Shown here piece by piece: positions 37,351-49,300 of a stretch of DNA of 64,000 bases. Each line of letters begins with the position of its first letter. Positions within the stretch are counted from its first letter, which is position 1. The stretch spans positions 25,048,001 through 25,112,000 of the forward strand of contig OZ365114.1 in NCBI GenBank assembly GCA_977030845.1. The letters run 5' to 3'. A program made the translations under genes and the position numbers. The stretch is from Fimbriosthenelais zetlandica (Eukaryota). The notes under the pieces were generated by a model, which saw only the letters and a list, made by a program, of their open reading frames with translations, did not search any database and was not told the DNA's origin.

Positions 37351-40300
37351 TCACTGTCCTTGTGCCTCCTTTTCTCCTGCTGCCACCTGGATGTTGCTCT
37401 CGGATTTCATAATATTTTGAAGCTTATCTAATGCTTGCTGATCATACTTGATGAAGTCTGGCAGGTCATCATGCTTTTCTACTGCATTCTTCATGTACTG
37501 ACTAAGGAACTGAAGGTGAACTTCCAAACTTCGCAGTTGTTGGCGCCTCTCTTCTTCCTCATGGACCTCATCCTCTTGTTGTTTTTCGAAGGCTGAAAGA
37601 ATGACCAAATAAATTCGAAACTATATTTCAAATTCAATTGTTATCAAGTCGTAATCCCATGGTCCCTTTCATCGTCTGATGTGAGTTGGTTGGAAAAGAC
37701 CTATACCACCTTTAATTTGTAAACCCCAGCCCAATCAACAATGTATAAATACCATTAACTACAGCCATTATTTTAAATGCAAGGGAATTTACCAGTATCA
37801 TCAGTGGTGTATTCTTTCTCAAGGCAGATTAAAACCTTGATTCGATGGAATATGTATACCCATACATCATCTTCCAGACTACCCGCCACATCCTCCCTGG
37901 CCTGGACAATAAAAAATACATGAACAAACAGGGCTCTTAATCCTGAATAGATCTGCTCTTATGTTCATCTATCTCAACATATCAGAGAATAAAATAATGA
38001 AGTGCAGATGAGATGTTATCAATAACTTAATGTAAAGAACCTTACCTCGTCAAAGGCGAAAGTCAACAGGCTGATGAAAATGTTGACCATAAGGATCAAT
38101 ATCGTTAAATTGTATAGAAAGAGAAACAGCTTCCCCGTCACCCTAAACGTGTGAAGAATAGAATATCAATGCATTTCACATGCCATTACTAACCCTTCAC
38201 AAAAACGAGCTGAAAGGGTGGTTATATTCACCTTACCCAAAAGAATGACAAACATGACCAATTCATCTAAAGGATGTAAATGTTTTGTCCACATGAAACA
38301 AAAACTTACGGACTTCTCATAACTAGTCCAGGGAAGTCATATTTCCCAAGTAGAGTGGCGAATAAAGATTCCATTGAGCGAATGAACGTCGAGTAGTCAT
38401 ACATATCATAACCAAACATCTGATTGCCCAGCCTATGTTGAGATACAAATTGGCATATACCATGTAAGATCAATGAAATGTGAGAAAAAATAACTTTGTA
38501 CAGAAAACATTGGAGTAATAAACATACAGTGCAAAGCCTATGTAGATAGCGAAGAACACAACAGAGAAGCTAAGTAGTTCTTGACGAACTAGCTTGAGTG
38601 AGCGACCCAGTTCTCTGACATTACTGCTGAAGTTGAGGATTCGCAGACATTTTGCTGTAGCAATGAAAGCCACAATTCCTACCATAGCATTATAAGCGAT
38701 TTCATAGGCTGACAGTTGCATGTAGCCTATATTAGCATCTGGAAAAACAGAGAGATCAATGAAAATGTCAAAGTGCAGTATAACATTTTTTTTGATGAGT
38801 TCATAATTTAGGTTGCCCTTTGGGTAGGGTCTTACCTTTGTTCTCTTGTATTTTCTTTGTGATGTACCTGCTATACGCCTCTTTAGATCCATTCATTCCA
38901 ACACATGTGAACGCCAAAGCCAGGAAAAGGACTTCAACTTTGTTCCAGGGATCTTCAAAGTACTCCCTGAATCAAATAGACTTTGATGAGTCTCAAAGTT
39001 AGGCATGTTCATCAACTGGCCAGAATATGTTGTGTCCATATAAAAGCAGTCACATAGGAATCTAGGTAAACTTACTTTGGATTCTCCTTGATTTTTAGAG
39101 CTTCGTGTATTATTAGGTACAGTAGGAATAAGACAAACAGGACCATGATGAACACATTGACCGTGCCCATACTTCCTCCAGTGGCATAGGCATGAAAGGT
39201 GTCCACATGTATCCGTGGTAAAACTCCACCTGAAAAAAACCATAGTCAAGTGCACTGTTGCAAATCCTAATAGCCTGTCATGGTCTGGACCATGAGCTAG
39301 ACGGTGGGATTTGCTAATAGCCTGTCATGGTCTGGACCATGAGCTAGACGGTGGGATTTTCGGGAAGCTAGTGATCACATATTAATTGGCTCATTCGTTC
39401 AAACAGACATGTCATTTAGCCATGCATATACTGCCTCAGTCAGTGATGGCATCATAGTATACCTGTTGGTGGAAATTCAAAAAGACATATGATCGAGGCG
39501 AACACATGGACATTAGCATTGTAAATGGTTGTCTCAAAGAATACGGCTCTCGTTCTCTTGTCAACCCAGTCATGTTCTATCATCAGGTCTATCAGATATT
39601 GAGCAGACGCAGAGTTATTCCCAAGGTCTGCTACATAACCACCACCTCCATATAAACCACTAGCTCCAAAGTAGGGTATGCTCTGAAAAGCGAAAATCAT
39701 TTACATTCACTTCAACAGTCAAATCTCAGTCACTCATTTATGTTATGGTCAAATACACTGAAACTAATCGCTTGAGATTGAGAAAAAAAATGTGTCTATA
39801 TATACCTGAAGATCTAGAAATGATTTGAATCTGAAAGCATCTGCTATACGGGTATTTGAGGGGAGACTAGAGTTGACGATATGTGACCATTTTTCTGTGA
39901 AGTCTCGGTCTTCCTCAGTCAGAAAACCATACTCAGGGCGGCATGTTCTGTGAGGGATACCCGGTAAGCAAAACTTTGGTTTGATTCGCACCTGGCGAAG
40001 GCGAACTGTGCCGAGTTTGACAGAATTAAAGTCATTGATGTATTTTCCAAATAAACGAGAGGTTGGTGCATCATTGTAGTATCTCTGCCAATACATGTTT
40101 GGGATGAGTATCTGCTTCATCCATCTCCACATCTTTCTCCCGTCAGAAATCTGCATAGGAACCAAAAAAAAGAACATATCGGTTCTTGTCAAGCATTGCA
40201 CAGACGGCCAACTTAAAGGAAGAGTTGAGAATATACCGATTACCTGTTTAATTGACATATCACTGCGGATGGTAACAGACGGCTTGAGCATTGCTAAAAC

Positions 40301-43300
40301 GGATCTCTTCATCAAGTAATCTGCGCTACTTCTGGATCCCCATGCGAGGTACATAACCTTGTTAAGAGAACAGAGCAAGCAAATCATCAATTACCATTCA
40401 GAGAGCTTTAATGAACTTGTCAACACAATTCAAGCATACTGAAAGCTTACGATGGCGAGAAAGATGATGTAAAGGCAAACTTCTTTGATGGTTCTTTTGG
40501 CCAGTTTTCTCCTCATTCCAATGTACCTGGCTCTTTCCAATGCTTCATCCTGTAGAGGCGCGAGATCGGAGTCGTTTCTGTCTATAAAGGCAACAGACTA
40601 GAGTTTTAAAAAGTGATTTCATCGCAGCCTTGAGATAAAGTATATCAACAAATTTAGAAGTAATGATATTCAGTTTTCATTACATGGGCATGTATATCAG
40701 ACCTTGATTTTCCAAGCCGTGCTCCATGTCAGTGCTCAGAATGGTTTTCTTGTAATCTATCTCATCACGTTCATCCAGCTTTTTCAAAATACATGCAATT
40801 ATCACTGCTATTACGACCACCTGTAACAGAACAAATACAGTGTAGTATGGGATGGTTTAAACAAAACACATTCATAAGATTCCATAACTCAGAACCCTTA
40901 CCTTTATAGGTTCAATCACGAATGCATTCTGGAAGAAAGAAAGGAAGAATGCTGACAACCATTCTTCGGCGCGTTCCTTGCCCCATTCAAGGCTGTAAAG
41001 TATAACAAAAAATGCAGAAAGCATTATCGCCAGGACAGCTAAAATCCAGGCAATGTAGGTGCACCAGTATGGCAAAGGGTACTGCCGCCAATACTGCTTA
41101 ACTGCCAAGTTTTCCAAATCTGTGCGCTCTGACTTTGGTTTGTAGAAGGCTTTGGGAGGGTCAAAACCTCGAGGCGACTCATTTGCCTTCAGCGGTCTTG
41201 GTCTGCTCTTTTGGAAGAAGAGAATAATGATGGTAGTGAGAGGCAGAGAGCACAACGTAGCCATGACACTGACATAAACTGTTGCTGCTGATATGACGAT
41301 CGGACCAATATAAATGGCCACATCGTTTTCGGCACTTTCACTGCTTTTGAACCACATAGCGTCTGTGATCATTGTAATAAAGAGAAAAGATGCTCCACAT
41401 GCCAGGCGTTCTTTACGAGTGAATTTGCTGCGCTCAGGTCGAGCAAATATAGATATCCAGAGGTGTTCTTCAGAGATTTTCTTCCTCGATGTTAAGGTGA
41501 AGAGGTTCTTGGAGTCAACGAGTTGTTCATGGCCAGCTACAGGGAGAACCCTCTCAATGTTACCGTCAGTTTCATCAACAGCCAGCCACTGGTCACAGAG
41601 GAAGTGATATCTGCAAAGAGATAATGTCATTATGTCCCTATGAATGTCATTAAAGGCAACAGACGTTTTAGAGATGTACATGATTTAATAGACTCAAACT
41701 AACGTGACATCGGTTTGTAGGTCCTCAATGATGACCTTGTCAAGGAACCAGTTCTTGTTGTCCCCTTTCCCACTGTTGTCATGCCAGATGTGAATGTGGG
41801 TCAAAGGCCCCAGTGACTCTTCAGTGGTCATAAGGTAGTGACGGACACTTCCAAGTCCAAATCCCTGAAAACAAAAACTCAAGATGCTCATGGATTGTAG
41901 AAGAATAATTATACTGAGTCAGACCCAATACTGCCAGTGTTGAAGTTCCATACCTTAAAGGGCCCACCTTCCACCATGCGGGTACCTGTGTCACCGTGTT
42001 CTCCTGAGACGATCATCCTGACTTTAGACGTTGTACCACTCCTCTGACGGACACCAGTTATAACAGTGACTGTGTACCTCCAGGATGCCCCACCAACATT
42101 GTCAAACAATGGGTAGATCCCCCACTACAAGGAAACAACCAAACTTATAAATACTAGCCTTGATGTTGAAGTGTAATGATGATATCTTCAGCAAACTTGG
42201 AACCTCGGTCTAAACCACCTAGCGTCAATCTCATATTTTTATCTAACTTACTTTAATGACGTCATATCCGTCAGCTCTTCTTGCCCATATGAGCAGAAGT
42301 ATGAAGACCACAAAGATGGTTACGATTGTTGCAAATACAGCAGGGTTGCCTTGAAGAAGTGCAGCAAAATTACTCAAGACATTTCTTCAAAAAGAGAAAA
42401 GTACAAGCTTTAAGTTGGTGATCTTGAAATGAAAATGTTAATTAGAAACAACTACAATATCCAAATTTCAAGTTTAGTTCTGAAGGACCACAGTATCATA
42501 GAGGTATACCGGAAGTCGATGGTATTGATTGTTGGAGGCTTAAAAGCAGGAGCCATGATATTGGATGCCTCGTTGGACGAGGTGCATTCACATTTTGTTA
42601 TACATGTTGTTGTTAGATTTGAAATCTGAAAGAAATACATACTGTGAATTTGTCTTTTTCATTGTTCAAATATATCAGTATTTTGAAATGAGATATTCCA
42701 TGCAATAGTTGTTTTACTCACAATACACTGAATGTTTTGCCATTCTTCCAGGTGTGAATTCCAGTTACGACAGGCTGTGTAAGAACTGTGAACGTCAAAA
42801 GGAAAGTCGAAATCCTTCAACACTATTTCATCTGCTGGAACCACACTCTTGTTCAGGCCATCCACTGTTACTGCTCATAAAAAAATCCATCAGAACATGA
42901 AAATCTGTCATGAGTGACTTTAAAATATTTTGAAATTGAAAGTTTCGTTACCCTTTCATTTATACATACCGATTTCTCTCATGCTGTCAGTAAAAGTGGG
43001 ATGTACCAGCAATAGGCCAACATAAACTCCTGGCGACATAGACACGTTGTCATGGATGACAATAGACCATGGATTGGGAACCCCAAATTTTGGTAATGAA
43101 TCAAACTGGTCATAATATGTCTGTTTTGGTTTATACCAGATTTTCTCTTCAGCTCTGAAAATGCTGAATACCTAAAAAGAGAAGGAGAATTTGATCTTCT
43201 ATCCATATCAATATAATACAGATATCAAGACATTGGCAATAGCAAGACATCCAAATCAAATTAACTTTCATGACACTCTTGACTTACCAAAAGTTGCTCC

Positions 43301-46300
43301 CCTTCATATAAATCAGGAATTGGATCAAAGTCAATTACAAGAGCCAGGTCACTCTCTCCAACTGGTATGTAGTAGTATATCATACTGGTGTTGACATCTA
43401 GTACAGATTGCGTCATGTTGACTTTAGGATATTTATAATCCGGCACATCCAGTGTCACGATGAACAGTCCATGATAATCAACCGGCGAAGGTCCAGCATC
43501 TATAAGCGACATGAACAAATTTCATTGTATAGTACGTACATCGAAAGATAAATCTGAGAAATATACATTTTAATTATGTGCATGCCAACCTTCCCCAAAG
43601 CATCGTTCAATAAACATCCGCATCTTAGCCATTGGCCCATTTGTTTCCTTCCCTCCTTCTCCATAGTTGATAACATTCTTTTCAGAGTAAGCTGTCTGTA
43701 AAAAAAGAGGAAAAGCATTTTTTCATTTTGTCATATTCAAAATTTAACACCTGATCAGATGAAACTTAATGAAACTTGTCCCCTACTTGAAAGAATGTGC
43801 TCTCCCCTTCGCATGGTAAGGTACCAATCTCCTCCAACTCGGCAGTAAACCTTGATGTCTCAATGGCTGTGAGATTGACCATAGACTTCTTTGTAACAGT
43901 AGATTTAACCTGACAATAACAAGAGTTACGCGGACAAAAGAATAGAGTAATTGTAATTTTGTAACAAAAAAAATCAACACATTTAATTCATGCAATTCAG
44001 TTATTTACTCACCATGAACTTTTCATTGCCAAGAGTGATTCCATGTTTATTCCGTACAGCAATTTCTAATGCAGCATCTGCAAGTTTGTCCCATACATTA
44101 AGAAGTGCCTTCATGCGAGATTTATCCTGCAAAATACCGTGCATGTAATGTATTGTATGAGACAAACAAGTACGGTAGAACTTTTATAGTGTCAGAAATC
44201 ATTGGGGGAAAATGATATTAGACATAATGTGGAGTTTAGCGGTTGTTTTTACCTCCTCAGCCTCATGCTTTTTAATAAGTTCCTGTAATTCTGGGGGGAG
44301 ATTTTCAAATTCAGTTGGAGGGTCCTCTGGTCTGAAGACCTGGGCGGCCTTGATTTCTTAAAAATGGAAGCAACATCAATGATGTGTATGAGTTATTTCA
44401 GATTCTAATTGCGAAGCTGATTAAAAATCTATGACACAGAACTCTAATAGTAAGCACCATAGCCGTCATTTTGTTGATACAACCGGAATTTTCGGAAGTC
44501 AAAAATAAGAAACGAAGACTTACCTTCAACAACTGCTAGATTATCTATGAGAATGACCGCTGTTCCAGCTAGTGCTGCATAACAAAACAAACAAACTTTA
44601 ATAATTGTACAGGATATGTGGCAACACTGCAGTTGCTTTTCATTCTTGTGTATCCACTTTGGCCACAACATAGCGGAAACAGGATGCCATTTGTGCAACA
44701 AGGTACTATTTAGACAGTATTAACTCAACTCACTCACCAGAACTCATTTTAGTCAGCAGTGGCACATCCAATACCCCTTCCAAAAGGTCAGGCACGGCGT
44801 CAGCTAATTTGTCAAGCATCTCAAAAAATAATCCCTGAAATATAATGAGACCCACATGAAGAATAATCATGGACATTTGGGCATGAAACTTGAAAATTGA
44901 GAGACCAAGAAGGAATGTAGTCTGCAACAAGTACCAGTTTACTATCTTCCATATCCGGAGTGATGGTACTGGCCAAGTTCTCTAAACCTTCTGCTAAAAC
45001 TAGATATGTTGATTTGGTAAATGGATCATCTCCTAGAATCAGAGCCGTTAGAAGATCTATCAGTGCATTCTGCGCCTAAAAATAGGAGAAACGTCATCAT
45101 TAGGAGGCAAGACAAACGTCAATTTCTATCAGAAAAAATTGTGATTGTGGTCAATGGACAGTTTTTTATTGATGGGCAAATAACCTCAATGGCTCTGGGG
45201 TCAGAGAGGTCAATAGATGCTGCTGCAGCTGATATAAGTGAGACGGCATTTGATGGAGCTAGTTTGATGCCTTCAAAGTCCAGACTATTGACCGCATCTG
45301 TTATTTGCTCAACAAGAAGCATGAACAAATCATCAGGGCTCATACCATCAACATAGCCTGAAGGCCGCACCTGAAAAAAATAACAACAATTGTTGTATTA
45401 AAGCAACTCCTTTCTAACTGAAAACAGTCTCATGTTTGTACTATATATAGACATCTGAATCTAGTAAAGTAAAAAGAACATACAATGACATTCTTTGTCA
45501 CAGGATATGAACTCCCACATGGTTCTGTTGCCTTAATCGTCAGTACTATGTTGAAGTCATTGGTTGGGTCACCAACAGGAAGGTATGCATTGGAGGAGGG
45601 TACATCTGAGGTAACGCCCGCCACCGTGGCTGTTGTTGCCGTTGTTATATCGATAAATTCGCCACTGTTGTCTGACCATTCAAGACAATGAATCCCTACA
45701 GATTCTTTTACAAATATTGCTGAAAGGAAATTTTAGTATGGAAGACTCTTTTTAAGACAATTAAACCGCGAAGTTTTACCAGAAATGGCTTTCTGAAAAG
45801 GACCTACATTCTTCTGGATCAACATTGCAATATCCAGGCACGGGTGGCGTGGTTGTCATTAACGCTACTTTCCCAAGGCCCTCGTCATAGTCGCCTGATT
45901 CTGGCATGACACGTAACGCAACTGTATAAGTCTGATCATAGTCCAGGGAAGAACTGTGAAGTGTCCAGGCCTCAGAAATACCACCTGCATCAATAAGTTT
46001 AGTCATCAAAGGGATTTGTGAATGGACGAATACAGTTATACAAATAGCTACTGGAAGTTACAAGAAATTATAATGTAAATCCTTCGCACACCTGACTCTG
46101 ATGTTACTGAGGAAATAGCATTTGTTGGGATGGTGACCTCCAAGGCATCGGCCAATTCCCATTCCATATTATCAACACCAGTGTCTGGCCCACACTCTAC
46201 ACAGGAGCCATAAAATACGTGGTCTACTTCAGGACTGTAGCCACTTAAACAGCCTGGTCTCTTGTCCGTTCTAGAAATGAAGCAGCACAAAGAGAAACGG

Positions 46301-49300
46301 AATGAAATAAGATACAATGGACAGAGTATAATAGATTTCGAGTCTGATTATAAATTCTCCCTTACATGATGTCAACAGTAAGAGGGTTGCCATTGATGAC
46401 TGTAAGTTCCTGGGTTGCTATGGTGCTTCTTATTCCTTTCTCAACTCTCAGAGTGATGAGATATGTTCCAGGAGATAGGTGGCCAGGAGGAATAATGAAA
46501 TCACCCGCTGTCATATCCAACCGTCCAATACCTGTGTTGAAGCAGCCACCAGACCCTGGGCCTGGGGTAACCAGATCTCCTGTTCCGAATGGAACATTAT
46601 TAGGAAGACAATTATAAACGAAACAGTGAAAATACATAGAATCAATCAAGCTGTTGCCAAAATTTGAACAGACTAAAAACTTCAATTGCAATACAATGTC
46701 ATCCCTACCTTCTTTGGGTATTGCTATGGTGGTATCCCAAGCGCTGAAGTGTGTTACAAGATCCACTGGAGGTAGAAGAACTTCACCCTCTCTTTGACAG
46801 AACCAAGTGAATATCAGTGGAGCCAGACTAAATTCAGGGTTGTCTGCGTCAAACGATGTTTGACTGGCATTCACATACACGGGCACCTGGTTACCTACAG
46901 TTCTGAAAGCTCCAGGATATATCTCAGCTACAAGCGGTGAGAGCACTACCTCATAAAACAGATCAACACTGGTGTTGAACTCGGTGAAACCCTCTGACAT
47001 GAAAATGCCAAGTTTAACTCGATGTAAACCATAATCAAGTACACCCGGCTGAACAGTCAAAAAGAACTTCTCTTTCCTGATCCCAGGATTTTCCAGTGAG
47101 ACTCCACGTGTGTCTGAAGGACTTTCCAGCTTGAACAGATCCCAAGTAGTGGAGAAGAAGGAGGTTTCTATACAACTAATACTTGCAACGCCGTCCTCAG
47201 TACTAACTTCGAGAACATCTGATTTCTTGACCATTATAGGATCAATGGCGTATTTACCTGGGACATCAGGTACCAAGATGACTGGGTCTTCACAGGCATG
47301 TTTTGTGACATGTAAATCAAACATTTTACTCTGACTAGCATATTCCGTGTACATTGAAAGGGTTTCAACATAATCCCCAAACATTTGGAACATCGTTGAG
47401 ACATGGAATATGTCTCCCCAGGGAAGAAGGTCCACTATGGTCTCTTGTTGATACCCCTGTGCATACTCCACACACATGCCAACACGACTCTCATGCCACA
47501 TTTCAACTGGGATAGGGCCTTGATAAACAAAATGTAGACAGATATTCTTCGCTAAGTCAAATGTCAGCTCAACGTGTAATGTGTGAATGAGGTAGATTTT
47601 ATCAGGTTGATCATAATTAGTCAGACCAACGGGAGAGATGATCCAGACAATCTGTGTTTCATTTACCGATCCCACAAAGTTGTAGGCAGTAAGGGTGACA
47701 CTAAATGGACCATCGTCTATGAAGTTCATATGACTATTTTGTCCCTCCACACTTGGATAACCAGAAACTGAATATGTGTAGTTTATTCGGGACCCAGAAC
47801 TGACATAACCTAAGAAATACACGGGCACAGCGGTTTCAAAAACAATGCCAACATCTTCATCTGTAGTGTTGAGCAATGAAAAGACTGAGAAGTTTGCACC
47901 AGCAATAGGGATATCAGCATGGAAGAGCTCATTAATTATTTGGAAGGAGACATTGTTAGATATATTAACAAGAGCAGGGTAGCTGCCAAATTCAACATAA
48001 GCATGCATGAATGACTGATAGCCTTCAACATGAACATCTGTAAAAGTAGCCACTGAACTGTCTCCATATTGGATATCAAATGAAAACAAGTTAGCCTTGA
48101 CGGGTGGTGCCAGCAGTAATGTCCAGTTCAGTTGATCTGGTAGTTCAATTGGTGCGTTGCTGATAGACGAAAAATTCACTGTTGGCTGCACAGTTACATA
48201 GACGATGACACTCTCATTACTTACATGGTTGAAGAATAAAGCTGATATGTTTTTGACCCCAAGGTTAGTGAAGATCATATTGAGAGAGTGGTTTGGTTCA
48301 ATCAAAAGTAACTGGGTGCTACCAATCTCACTTTCAACAGTGACATTGACATCTGATCCATTGACCACTCCTAATATATAGGGTAATGTTGAGAATTGAA
48401 GGAAGTATTCGTCTCCACTTATGTATGACCCAAATATTTCAGCTTCAAGATAGAATGTCTTGTTGAACTGAACTAAACTGACGTCATTCATTAGAGTAAC
48501 AGAGACTTCAGCATAACCAAGAACAGCATTGGCACCAAAGTCACATTCAATGGTAAAAGGCCAGGACAACACAGCTCGCTCAGTGATGGTATTGGGAAGA
48601 TTAACGACTGATATAACATCATCAGGAAGATGTAGGGAATCGTTAGTGAGCATGAAAGTTAAATAGCCCTTGCTCGGTGGTACTTTTACGTAGGGTATCA
48701 GATCTATGTCAATTTCACTCTCTACAAGTGGCCATAGAGCATGAATTTCATAATCAGGGAATGGAACTTCGCCCAGGGCATTACTTGCATTGCCAGTTAG
48801 GATATAAACTCCATTAATTATGAAGGTGTGATTAGTAGAAAATGTCATCCCATCTTGGAGAGCTATGTCAGGGGTAAATGCCACATTTGTACTATCGGCA
48901 AAATCCAAAAAGTAGGTCACGTGAGATCCATAGGTCAGAGTGACATGGATGGTTGCTTCCTGTCCTGCTGGTACATACATGCTAGGTGGCATGATGAGTG
49001 GATCAACAATGGCCTTCACAATGATTATTTCAACAAATTTGGTTTGATTCGACACCAGATTACTCATGAAAACAGAACAGTTGTAAGTTCCTAAATAATC
49101 AGTGCCAAATGTAATGGTATGAGTAGATGTTGTCAATGTTGAAATGAGCGGGGCATGGGTATTTTCAGTATCTGTTACACCATCATTTTCAAAATCAAAA
49201 AGAAGGAAGACATCCGTTGGTTTTGGGTCAACAGTGACAAAAGAAAAGACGATGTTGGCAGGATATGGCTGAGGGGAATCAGAGGTGACAGTTATATCAA

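Noticed and set aside
45696-45807. Apparent frameshift in the polycystin gene if TG|GTAAAA (45780) is joined to tgtag|GG (45695)
   Set aside because: Using donor T|GTAGGT (45808) and acceptor tttcag|CA (45719) restores the frame and gives the expected REJ spacing C-x3-P...I-x-C-x2-W-x-D, so there is no evidence of pseudogenisation.
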